Shown here: positions 8,625 through 17,846 of the stretch, piece after piece
Layout of the letters: each line of letters starts with the position of its first letter
Position numbering within the stretch: the first letter of the stretch is position 1
NCBI RefSeq assembly: GCF_001186125.1
Contig: NW_014040556.1
Location: forward strand, 209,787-245,071
Reading direction: 5' to 3'
DNA: 35,285 nucleotides
DNA from: Sphaeroforma arctica JP610
Taxonomy: Eukaryota
The notes under the pieces: model-generated
Database searches by the model: none
Seen by the model: the letters and a program-made list of their open reading frames with translations, nothing else
Told to the model about the DNA's origin: nothing
Made by a program: the position numbers and the translations under genes

Positions 8625-10418
8625 TCATTTGCGATCAAATATCACTCTTTTCGCCTTGGGTTTGTTCAAGCAGCGGTTGCAGAATATCTCGCCCTCTTTG
8701 GCCACCTTGGCTGTGCACATATGCTCCCTGACCGTCCCAAGCTGTGAGGCGCATATGCAGTGCTTCGAATTCTTCATCGTGTGCAGGATCTCCGTGTGGC
8801 GAGCCTCGCGCTCAACGGCCGTCTTGTGCTCACCGGACGCCCAGGTCCACTCGGCGATGTCGTCGTCCAGGACAATCTTCTCAGTTTTCTCGTTCTTCGG
8901 GTCGTAATCCTCGCCTGTTGACGCCAAGGCCCCTCGGAACTTGTTGTTCTTGCTAAAGTTGCACAGGGTAAGGCGCAACCGGTCTGACGGGTTCTCCTCG
9001 AGGACCCGGTTCGTGTCCCGCACCACCTGGGCAAAGCCGCGGAGCTGCTCAAGATCCCACCCGGACTCGCCGCTAAAGCGCGTGCACCCCACCGTCAGGT
9101 GCCGACCAGTCCCGTTGTACTCCCCATCCATCATGCCATCCAGGAGGTTGAGGCGAGAAATTTCCTTAACGATATCATAATTGCTGTGACCTTTGGCGTC
9201 GTCAATCTCAATGAAGTTGATGCAGTTCAGGCCCCGGAGCCCCCAGTCGCCCCGGGCACCACCGTTGACTTTGCCGCAGGCGTTCTTGGACGGGTCACAG
9301 GCCTTGATGATAACCTCGCGGGTCATAAAAATAGAACGAGTGTCCATGCCGAGGATCAGCGCGACGGTGTTGATGGCCAATGACTCGAGTGACGCGTTGC
9401 CGAGGCCATACTCGGTGATACACGCGCTACAGACAGTCGCATTGGGAGTGCAGACCTTCGCGTTGTCCACGGAGCAGGCGAGACTGAGTTCCTTGAGCTT
9501 GGGGCTGTCGTCCGGGATGCAGTCGAAGCAGGCGCCGGCGGCCCTCGAGTAGCAGGGCGACGTGCAGGCGCACACGCCGTGTTTGTAGTGGGCCTGGCAG
9601 ATACGCGCCCCGTCCGACCCACACGTCCCGAGCCGGTGGCAATTGGCGACAGTGCATCCATAGAGGTCGAGCCTGGTCCCGGCGCAGTCGGCACACGCGT
9701 CGATGCCAGCCAAGGACCCGGGGCTGTCGCAGTGGACACACGGCGAGTGTATTTGCTTGTGCGTGTTGAGATGACCCAACTGCGCGAACGCTCGATTGCA
9801 ACCGGTGTAATCGCAGACATACGGCTTATCGCCGGTGTGAGTCCGCATATGGCTTTTGAGATGGTGAGATCGTGAGAACTTTTTACTACAGCCAGTAAAC
9901 TTACACACGTAAGGCTGTTCGCCGGTGTGTGTACGCATATGGCTTTTGAGATGCTGAGGTTGTGAGAACTTTTTACCACAGCCGCTAAAATTACATGCAA
10001 ACGGTTGTTCGCCGGTATGTGTACGCATATGGGCTTTGAGATGGTGAGACAATGAGAACCTCTTACCACAGCCAGTAAACTTACACACGTAAGGCTGTTC
10101 GCCGGTGTGTGTACGCATATGGGTTTTGAGACTACTAGATTGTGTGAACTTTTTACCACAGCCAGTAAACTTACAGGCAAACGGCTGATCGCCGGTATGT
10201 GTACGCATATGGTCTTTGAGATGCTGAGATCGCGTGAACTTTTTATCGCAAACATCGCAAACGTGTGTGGCCTTCACGCGCTTACACCCAGAAGCCTGAT
10301 CCGATGTTGACTGGGAGTCGCTTGACGTGGACGCATCGGACTCCCGGGCTCTCTTCACCTGAACGACAACAGGTGATTTACCCTTGGTCGTGTCGTCTGG
10401 GTACACTGGTGACTGCAT
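8625..10418 (-). CDS. Six-finger C2H2 zinc-finger protein fused to Cys-rich region and putative PD-(D/E)XK (Vsr/DUF559-like) endonuclease
   Basis: Six Kruppel-type fingers with TG(E/D)(Q/K)P linkers (9747-10265). C-terminal LESLAINTV...RGDW...FIEIDDAKGHSNY...EISRL resembles the RPD..IEvDE..H..Y..E..R nuclease motif. NLS-like KRARE/CKRVK. Confidence 0.85.
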   Translation of the reverse strand: MQSPVYPDDTTKGKSPVVVQVKRARESDASTSSDSQSTSDQASGCKRVKATHVCDVCDKKFTRSQHLKDHMRTHTGDQPFACKFTGCGKKFTQSSSLKTHMRTHTGEQPYVCKFTGCGKRFSLSHHLKAHMRTHTGEQPFACNFSGCGKKFSQPQHLKSHMRTHTGEQPYVCKFTGCSKKFSRSHHLKSHMRTHTGDKPYVCDYTGCNRAFAQLGHLNTHKQIHSPCVHCDSPGSLAGIDACADCAGTRLDLYGCTVANCHRLGTCGSDGARICQAHYKHGVCACTSPCYSRAAGACFDCIPDDSPKLKELSLACSVDNAKVCTPNATVCSACITEYGLGNASLESLAINTVALILGMDTRSIFMTREVIIKACDPSKNACGKVNGGARGDWGLRGLNCINFIEIDDAKGHSNYDIVKEISRLNLLDGMMDGEYNGTGRHLTVGCTRFSGESGWDLEQLRGFAQVVRDTNRVLEENPSDRLRLTLCNFSKNNKFRGALASTGEDYDPKNEKTEKIVLDDDIAEWTWASGEHKTAVEREARHTEILHTMKNSKHCICASQLGTVREHMCTAKVAKEGEIFCNRCLNKPKAKRVIFDRK

Positions 10419-10489
10419 GGTGGACGTTGATGTGTAATAAAACTAACTCGCTAGAAAGTGAACGACAAATGAAAAATCATGACATTATA

Positions 10490-10532
10490 TTGTAATTTTG
10501 TAATTTTGTAATTTTGTAATTTTGTAATTTTG
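10490..10532. repeat. 8-bp tandem repeat (TGTAATTT) x5 upstream of ZF gene
   Basis: Directly visible. Confidence 0.9.
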
Positions 10533-10927
10533 ACCTGAGCTCTTTGTGAAAAAGCTGTCCGTGAGTAAACTCGACTGGCTCGATTTTTTTAGTACTGAAA
10601 CTAGTACAAATACTCTGAAATGTTGGAAATTAAATTTTGTATTAAAATACACTGTAAGATTGGTACAAATACTCCGGAGGGATGTGAATTGTAGGTTTTA
10701 TATTTAAACATGTCTAATCTCAACGATTCAGGCTCGACACATGGACCTCTTTAAGGACATGAAGAGTAATTTAGTCAATTCTCGACCAATCATCGACCAC
10801 CGATTTGACGATTATCTATTGGCTGACAATCGTTGAAATTATAAAAAAAAATGAGGAATTTTTTTTTTTCGAGTAAGTCAGTTCAATAACGTCACAACTT
10901 TGCCAAGCATACCAGTTGCCTGGCTTC

Positions 10928-11031
10928 TTATNNNNNNNNNNNNNNNNNNNNCCTGTGCTTGTCCGCAGCCCGGTACGCTCGACCAGTCCGCTGAGCCCGC
11001 TGCTGGCACACCGTCGCCGAGCACTTTGGCT

Positions 11032-11068
<37 letters not shown>

Positions 11069-11782
11069 TCCCACGAGCGGCGAGTTCTTGGTCACCTCGA
11101 GGTTCGCGATCCACACAACCGACGGCGATCTGTACGGCTTGTCTTTGTACCTGTACTGCCCCAGCTGGAAACGCGTGTACTTGTACTCATCCAGCCACGC
11201 GTCTCTGAAGGCACCCTTCTTGGAGAACACCGGCGTGTTGTCCAGCGCCGCCACGACCAGCTCGTAGGTCCCCTTGCCACTGGTGGCGTTCTGCACAGTC
11301 AATGTAATGTGGTGCCACTCCTCCAGCGCAGAGAGGGACATGACGGTAATGTCGTCCGCGCTTCCGCTCGGGAACTCCAATACCAGGTCCTCCTCGTCGG
11401 CCGTCAGCACCAGCGGCACACTCGGGTCCGGGCTCGTATGGTTCCGCGCCTTGTACTGCACGAGCGAGTAGAAGCGACCAAAGCCTCGAACGTTTGCGTT
11501 AATCTTGTACCACATGCCCAGCCGCATTAGGTCGCTGGATGAGGTCGATTCGCAGATCTCCCTACCCACAAGCTCCAGCCGCTGCTTCTCGTCACTCGGG
11601 CTCCCAGCCCCGTCCTCCGTCGCGTCCGTCATGGTGATCTTGAGGGCGTCCATGCCACTCTGGGGGCCGCTGTCCAGCGTGTAGTGGGTGGTCGTCACGG
11701 GCCGCTCGTCCACGCTGAACATGCCCGTGGCCTCAATGCTCTTGCGCACATCGCTGTCTGAGGTCAGATCGAGCACAGTCAT
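10928..11782 (-). CDS. Polysaccharide lyase-like jelly-roll protein (PL7/PL13/PL20-type fold); 3' end falls in N gap
   Basis: Motifs QRLELV, SLVQYK, EEWHHITLTV and TRFQLGQYR parallel the RxEL / Q(I/W)(H/K) / YFKxGxYR signature. Poly-Thr tail. Confidence 0.7.
10932..10951. other. Assembly gap (20 N)
   Basis: Run of N. Confidence 1.
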
Positions 11783-11972
11783 CCTTTATATATATATTTT
11801 TCGTCGACTGGCGCGTGTGCAATGTACGCTCGTGTGCACAGCTGTGCTGGCGGAGATGGCCACGGAGCTCACGGACACAAGGCGGGAACTGGTGGAAATG
11901 AAGGCAGAGCACGCCCGGTGGGCGGCGCGCATTGCTGCGCTGGAGACCAGGGCTTGAGGGGAGGGTCAACGC

Positions 11973-12941
11973 CTAGCCGCGCCCGGCAGTCTTTCGCTTC
12001 CGGTACTGCACGTAGGTCCAGTAGACCCCCGTGCACAGCCCCAGCACCACAATGAGTACTGTGACCTTTGCCAAACGCACCACCCGCTGCGCCCTCGCGT
12101 ACATCTCCGGCACCGCCTTTACAGCGCGCACAGCCCGTTCCCGCGACAGGGCCCGTTTAGTGCACGTGCACGTTTTCGCCGCCGCCCCGCCCGCGTTGCC
12201 GAACGGCACGTAGTACCCGCTCTCAATAAGGTCCGTGTCGTACATGCTCATGTTCGCAATCAAAACACTATGTGTGTCGTCGTCCTTGAACCCGTCGTCG
12301 CGTTTGCGGTATAGGCCCATCCTGATCCGCCCGCTCTCCCCGTACGCCTCATCATTCATTGGTATATCGAACTTTTCAAAGTTCCGTATGACTTTTCCCG
12401 AGGTGTCGCGGAACTGTATCTTCAGGTACCCGTCCGGCGTGTTCTTGGTCGCAATCGTGATGCAAACCCACTTCCCAATGAGATCCTCGTACGTGCCAAA
12501 ATTAATTCTTTCCGAAAACAGCTTTGCGCCATGGTCGAAATCACCTGGATTTGCCGATAAATCCCCGTTTTTTATACTCACAGTACACAGGGGTGAACCC
12601 AAACCTACCTTAATTTGAAAAATGTGGTAGAACCCGGAACCAAAGTAGCTGATGTGCTCGATCTTGTACCAGTACTGAACCGTACGTATCGTGTTGACGG
12701 GGAACCGGAATTGACTTTTGTCATTGGCATTTATCTCATTACGATTTTTTTCCGGGTCAGAGTCGAGATCTTCCTTGTGTAGCACGACGCGCATCACGGT
12801 CTGCTGGATATCGGGATCTTCAATAGCCTCAAAGTGATCAAATCCATCATGGTAGTTTGTCTCCATCTTCTTAATGTCATGTTCATCAAACTGTGACTCT
12901 ACGCCCTTGGACCAGTCCAGTGTGGCTAACGGAGTTGTCAT
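11973..12941 (-). CDS. Polysaccharide lyase-like jelly-roll protein with C-terminal TM anchor
   Basis: NRNEIN, FYHIFQIK, GKWVCITI, RIRMGLYR; TM VTVLIVVLGLCTGVYWTYV followed by a basic tail. Distant paralogue of 10928-11782. Confidence 0.75.
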   Translation of the reverse strand: MTTPLATLDWSKGVESQFDEHDIKKMETNYHDGFDHFEAIEDPDIQQTVMRVVLHKEDLDSDPEKNRNEINANDKSQFRFPVNTIRTVQYWYKIEHISYFGSGFYHIFQIKVGLGSPLCTVSIKNGDLSANPGDFDHGAKLFSERINFGTYEDLIGKWVCITIATKNTPDGYLKIQFRDTSGKVIRNFEKFDIPMNDEAYGESGRIRMGLYRKRDDGFKDDDTHSVLIANMSMYDTDLIESGYYVPFGNAGGAAAKTCTCTKRALSRERAVRAVKAVPEMYARAQRVVRLAKVTVLIVVLGLCTGVYWTYVQYRKRKTAGRG

Positions 12942-13013
12942 TTTTTAGTATTTATTTTTAACAGTTTAAAATACTCTATTCATGAAAGTTTAACAATAAT
13001 TTTCCGAGCCCGA

Positions 13014-13032
13014 CTAAAACCCTAAACCCTAC
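13014..13032 (-). repeat. Telomere-like tract (TAGGGTTTAGGGTTTTAG on minus strand)
   Basis: ctaaaaccctaaaccctac lies immediately 3' of the 13033 stop codon. Confidence 0.7.
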
Positions 13033-14336
13033 TCATGCTGTGTAGTATGTCAAGGTGCTGACATCCTTGTGGTACGCGGGAATAACTGTTTCAAATACCG
13101 GAGCAGTCCGAGACGGCCACACGTGGACCATGAGGGTGAACCCCTCGTCCACAACGGTCTGGAACTTGGCCATGTTCTGGTCGTAATAACAGTCAAGTGT
13201 CCAGATTGACTTCGTCTCGACAATAAGCGTGTGTTCGGGTACATAAAAGTCGGGAAAATACCTAGACATGGCACCAGTGCGCGGATTTGGGTAATCGAAT
13301 ACAATGGCGCGTTCGTCATCGTCGCCAATCACATCTTCAGCAGTGAATCCGTGTCGGGTTCCAAGGTGCTCCAAGGTGAGATCCTCGTAACCCTGTAGAA
13401 GGAACGTCACACACTTTTCCAGTCGTACGAACGCGTTTGGTATCCCGAACGCTTCGCCAGGCTTCGGAGGTGTGGAACCTGGCCAGAGTACCCGTAGCCA
13501 TACCGTTCAACCATTGTTGCCGCGGCCTTGGTCCTGACCCCCTCGATCTGCGATACATTGTCAACGCCGTAGACCCTCCGCACTGCTGCGACGTGCTTGG
13601 CCCTGACCTCCTTGTTCTGCATTGCATAGTCGACACCATGGACCCTCCGCATTGTTGCGACGCTCTTGGCCCTGACCTCCTTGTTCTGAGATACATGGTC
13701 AACGCCATAGACCCTCCGCACTGTTGCGACGCTCTTGGCCCTGACCTCCTTGTTCTGCATCGAATTGTCGACACCATAGACCCTCCGCAATGTTGCGACG
13801 CTCTTGGCCTTGACCTCCGGGATCTTCAGTACATGGTCCACACCATAGAGCCTCTTCACTGTTGCCTTCCGCTTGTTGTCCGCGCAGGCCGTACATCGCG
13901 CCCCGCCTGTCCGGAAGTGTCCAATCGTAATGTCGACAGTCTTCTCCTCGCACAGGCACAGGATGCTCAGCTTCTTGCTGGCCCCCTTGAATTCGCCGAA
14001 CGGTGTCAGGAGCTTGTACCCCTCGGCGGCCACGTCCCGAGCGATCCTATCATACGTGTTCTCCGGGGAGTTTGGGTTGCAGAACTTGCAACGGGTGCCG
14101 CGGTCGCGTAGATAATACCAGTAGGCCTGAAACTGTTCCCGGCGGTCGCAGTTACAGAGAATCGTCATCGGCAGCGAGGCCCCGACAAACAGCAGCAGCT
14201 GGAGTCCACGTCCAGCTAGCTCGGCAGCCATGGTCTGGAAATTCCACAGCACTCTGGGCACCTTATCCTTTGTCGCCTTGGTCACATTACCCTTTGCCTT
14301 TACCACCTTACCCTTTGCCTTTGCTACCTTGGTCAT
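13033..14336 (-). pseudogene. Homing-endonuclease-like gene (zinc ribbons + six 23-aa repeats + PD-(D/E)XK nuclease), split by frameshift at ~13410
   Basis: ORF 13407-14336 has two CxC..CxxC modules and YGVD repeats. ORF 13033-13410 has QGYE..RYFPDFYVPEHTLIVETKS. Deleting one GT from GTGTGTG fuses them as WKSVTFLLQGYE. Confidence 0.8.
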
Positions 14337-14431
14337 TCTTTAACTGTTCCAGTGTAAGAATGAAAATTATGCGCATTGTGCGGCGCTATTTATACCAAAT
14401 AAAATCATTAATAGAAATAAAGTACCTCGCC

Positions 14432-15442
14432 ATGCTACTAATTGTTTTCGCGTTCATCTTGATCCTCGCCCTTGCCGGCATCGTCGCCACCATCGCCGTC
14501 CTCAGGTCCGGGAGCGCCACCCCCTCTAGCACCGAGCCCGCCGTCGCCGCCGCCGCCGCCGCCGCCGCCGCCGGTGGCCTGACCTCCCGGGCGTGCGTCA
14601 GCAAGCGCCGCATGCCCCGCATCGGGCTTGGCGTCTACGCCGGCCAGGAGGCCAAGGGCCTCAACGCGGGCTTTGAGTGGCGCTACTACACCATGGCCGA
14701 GCTCAGCCCCACCACCCGCGGCGAGTACGACTGGTCCACGCTTGAAAAGGACCTCGCCGGTGCCCATTCACGCGGCCGCCCCATGGTGGTCCGTATCCAG
14801 GACCAGAGCGGCACCAACAGCGGCGACGACAACAAGTCCCTGCTGCCCTCGTACGTCAGCCAGCCGAACAAGGTAACGGTGGACGGCTTCGTGGGCGTCG
14901 ACTGGTCATCGGCCGACGTGCAGCAGTTTGAGCTCGACTTCTTCACCGCGTTCGCGGCCAAGTTCGACAAGGACACGCGCATTGCATTCCTGCAGGTCGG
15001 CTGGGGCTTCTGGAGCGAGAGCCACCTGTACCACGACGGCAAGGACCATCGCCAGCACGGAGTCAACTACCCCACGAAAGAGTACCAGGCCAAGTTCGTG
15101 GACCACCTGGCCGGCCTGTTCAAGTGCCTGACGTTTTCGTTCAGCATCGATGGCGCGTTCAGCGGGCTGCCGCTCGACGATCTGCGGTACGGCGTGTTCA
15201 ACGACTCGCTCACGGCCAAGGGCAGCAGTAGCCAGGACACGTACTACAAGCAGCTCAACTTTGCCGAGCGCAACAAGACCCAGCCGAGCGGCGGCGAGTT
15301 CCCCGACTCGATCAAAACGCCGTTCGGGGAGGCCTCGCTCCTCGAACGCGTCAAGCAGTACAATGTGCAGTACGTGTTTGCCAACCAGCAGCGCGAGGAC
15401 CCGAACTGGGACAGCGCGGTCGCGGCCGTGATGCAGACATGA
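14432..15442 (+). CDS. Membrane-anchored TIM-barrel glycoside hydrolase-like protein (GH-A clan/DUF4832-like)
   Basis: N-terminal TM and poly-Ala linker. Motifs ELSP..GEYDWSTLE..L, VVRI, FAAKFDKDTRIAFLQVG.GFWSESH and GGEF, with two candidate catalytic Glu. ATG at 14432. Confidence 0.75.
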   Translation: MLLIVFAFILILALAGIVATIAVLRSGSATPSSTEPAVAAAAAAAAAGGLTSRACVSKRRMPRIGLGVYAGQEAKGLNAGFEWRYYTMAELSPTTRGEYDWSTLEKDLAGAHSRGRPMVVRIQDQSGTNSGDDNKSLLPSYVSQPNKVTVDGFVGVDWSSADVQQFELDFFTAFAAKFDKDTRIAFLQVGWGFWSESHLYHDGKDHRQHGVNYPTKEYQAKFVDHLAGLFKCLTFSFSIDGAFSGLPLDDLRYGVFNDSLTAKGSSSQDTYYKQLNFAERNKTQPSGGEFPDSIKTPFGEASLLERVKQYNVQYVFANQQREDPNWDSAVAAVMQT

Positions 15443-15506
15443 TTTTTTTATTTGTTTTTCCTACACTACATACATACATACATACATACACCAATTTCGT
15501 TCATTC

Positions 15507-16628
15507 TCACTTGTCCACGCAGTCCACGAGCTCCCACTTCTGTCCGTCGTGCACCTGGAAGCGGTCAATCAACACGAGCATCAACACGTCCGTGCCCACA
15601 TAGTGCACGATGCTCTTGCCCGTGTCCACGTTGGTCAGGAACCCGTCCTTTGTGTGGACGAACTCGCTGCCGTGCCTGTCGGTGGCCAGCATCACACTGT
15701 AGGCCAGGGGGCAGCCAAGTGTCGCGCTGGCCGGGACCGCATAGTACAGCCCATGGCGCATCCTAAACACGCCCTCCTCGGTGTACTCGAGCGCCCAGCG
15801 CTGCGGGCGCTGGTCTACCACCTGCACGGTACCGCCAATAATATCCAGGTAGCCGGGCAGCCCCTGGTGCCGGATGTGGCAGTGCCGCGTCACAACGTCG
15901 TACCCGGCCTCGGCGACGCTGTCGAGGGGGCCCGTGCCGGCGACAACGACGCTGGAGACGGCGCTGGTGACGATGGTCACGGACGTCTCAACAAGCGTCG
16001 CGTTGGTCTTGACGAACGCGTGGACGCTGCTCACCACGCTCTGGACAAACTTGGGCTGCACACGGACCGCCAGCGAGCCAGCCGTGGTGCCGGCGGTGTT
16101 CGCTCTGGCCCCGGGGGACAGTGTCACGGAGGCGTGGTGGCTGGCAATGCTCGCGGCCATCTGCTGCATGAGCTCGTTGTAGTAGGCGCTGGCCGGCCCG
16201 TGCGCGGCCATCGTGATCTCGAGGATGGCGTCGCACGCAGCGTCGTCGGACACGGGGCGCTCATACTCGTCAGACGCCTCGGGCCCATCGTACTCGTCAG
16301 ACGCCTCAGGCCCATCGTACTCGTCAGACGCCTCAGGCACCGGCCACAGGTCCAAGTCCAGGTCAGAGTCCTCAGAGAGGTCCACGTCCACGTCCACGTC
16401 CACAGATCGAGCATTGACTACGGACACAGTGTGCACATACTCGTCCGATGCCTTGGGCCCAGGGTGCACATACTCGTCGGACGCCTCAGGCACCGGCCAC
16501 AGGTCGAGGTCCTCAAAGTCCACGTCCGAGCCCCAGCCCAGGTCCTGGCTCGCGTCCACTGGGGGCTTGGCTACTACGGCATAGCCCAGCACCAGGGTCA
16601 CGGAAATAATTGTTCTATGCAAATACAT
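15507..16628 (-). CDS. Secreted protein with acidic repeats and C-terminal ricin-B-like beta-trefoil
   Basis: Signal-peptide-like start, PEASDEY repeats, and C-terminal YLDI...QRW...QKW (QxW) motifs. Confidence 0.6.
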   Translation of the reverse strand: MYLHRTIISVTLVLGYAVVAKPPVDASQDLGWGSDVDFEDLDLWPVPEASDEYVHPGPKASDEYVHTVSVVNARSVDVDVDVDLSEDSDLDLDLWPVPEASDEYDGPEASDEYDGPEASDEYERPVSDDAACDAILEITMAAHGPASAYYNELMQQMAASIASHHASVTLSPGARANTAGTTAGSLAVRVQPKFVQSVVSSVHAFVKTNATLVETSVTIVTSAVSSVVVAGTGPLDSVAEAGYDVVTRHCHIRHQGLPGYLDIIGGTVQVVDQRPQRWALEYTEEGVFRMRHGLYYAVPASATLGCPLAYSVMLATDRHGSEFVHTKDGFLTNVDTGKSIVHYVGTDVLMLVLIDRFQVHDGQKWELVDCVDK

Positions 16629-16838
16629 GTTGTTCTTTTATCAAATGCAAAATAATGATTTCACTGGTCGACATTTCGTCTTTTATGTAACCTTTTTTTT
16701 TTTCTGTGGCTCACCACACACGCCTGAACGACGACACCCTCAGAGGTGCGTGGACCAGAGAAAAAAAAAGTATTTAAGGCGAGTCGTTATCCGGATGTCT
16801 TTCATTCCAACACTTTCAAACACTTTCATCTAAACACA

Positions 16839-17782
16839 ATGTCTGAAAAGTCTAGCCTAGTCGTGATTGCAACAGTCAACCAGCTCAACACGCAATCCCC
16901 GGGGCCCCACACTAACGAGTGGCGTGACATTAATGATCTCATGGACGAAGAGGACGAGGCGTTTGCAATCTGTGACCTGTATCTGGACGAGGTCAGCACT
17001 GCCATCGCATCGACCCTGGACGACGACATGGTGTCCCCCTACAAGAAGATTGTGCTTGCGCGCATCGTCCTATCGGACGCACGAAACTTCAGCCCTGGCA
17101 CCCTGTGCAAGACGTTTGCGCTGCTCAACAGCCTGCGCCCCGGGCCACTGGCCGAGGTGGCCAGCGAGCTCGCGGACGACATTGCCGTCATCATCGGCAT
17201 GGACCTGGAGGCTGAGGCTCTGCGGGTGTGTCTGTGGGCCGAGAAGGTCTTTGCGAAGCAGCCGCCGGTGCTGAAGCCGCGGAAAAACGCTCCCAAAGCC
17301 TGCTGGTCCTGCGTGATGAACAGACTAGTCGAATTCCTCCAGGACGAGGAGGTCTGCGCCAAGCGCTGGTACGAGCTGGACGAGCTGGTCCGGCAAACGC
17401 CGTCGCTTGTCCTGGACGAGGGCGAGGCCGTCGACCGCGACATCATCCTGGACCTCGGTATGCGTTTTGAGTCGCTTGCGCAGGAGGTCCCTCCGCTAGT
17501 GTCAGACTACGAGATTATCTCCTGGTGGACAACGCCAATCTCCTGGCTAGGCACGCGTTCACCGCCATGGTGCTGCTGGGGGCCATCCGCAGCCCGCGCC
17601 TCAAGAAGCGGGTGCTGCTGGCCAAGCGCTTCTTGACCACCAGCATGATTCGCAATTTTTGTGAGACCGCAGAGGCGGTTGAGGTGGCCACTGGGGTCGA
17701 CCACACGGCGTTGCTTGAGACGGTCTACGCGAACACCTCGCTGGAGAAAACCTGGCGCAGCGAAAAAGAAATAGTATGCTAA
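16839..17782 (+). pseudogene. Hypothetical helical protein with apparent frameshift near 17515
   Basis: ATG 16839. The GC3-rich reading switches from the 16746 frame to the 17525 frame (LLVDNANLLARH...), which ends at an AT-rich intergenic tract. Confidence 0.6.
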
Positions 17783-17846
17783 ATAAAAAACCCTAAACAC
17801 AAACATTTTTTTTTATTAAAACCTTAAAACCCATACGTTTGGGGAC

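Noticed and set aside
9356..10255. 299-aa alternative-frame ORF over the zinc fingers
   Set aside because: Out-of-frame reading of the 90-bp finger repeats.
14003..14431. N-terminal extension of the glycoside hydrolase ORF
   Set aside because: Antisense to the nuclease gene; ATG 14432 directly starts the TM anchor.
15549..16655. Long antisense ORFs (also 5456-6259, 18813-19622, 20875-21672, 23054-24037, 33284-34144)
   Set aside because: Shadow ORFs from GC3-rich codons of the opposite-strand genes, with no motifs.
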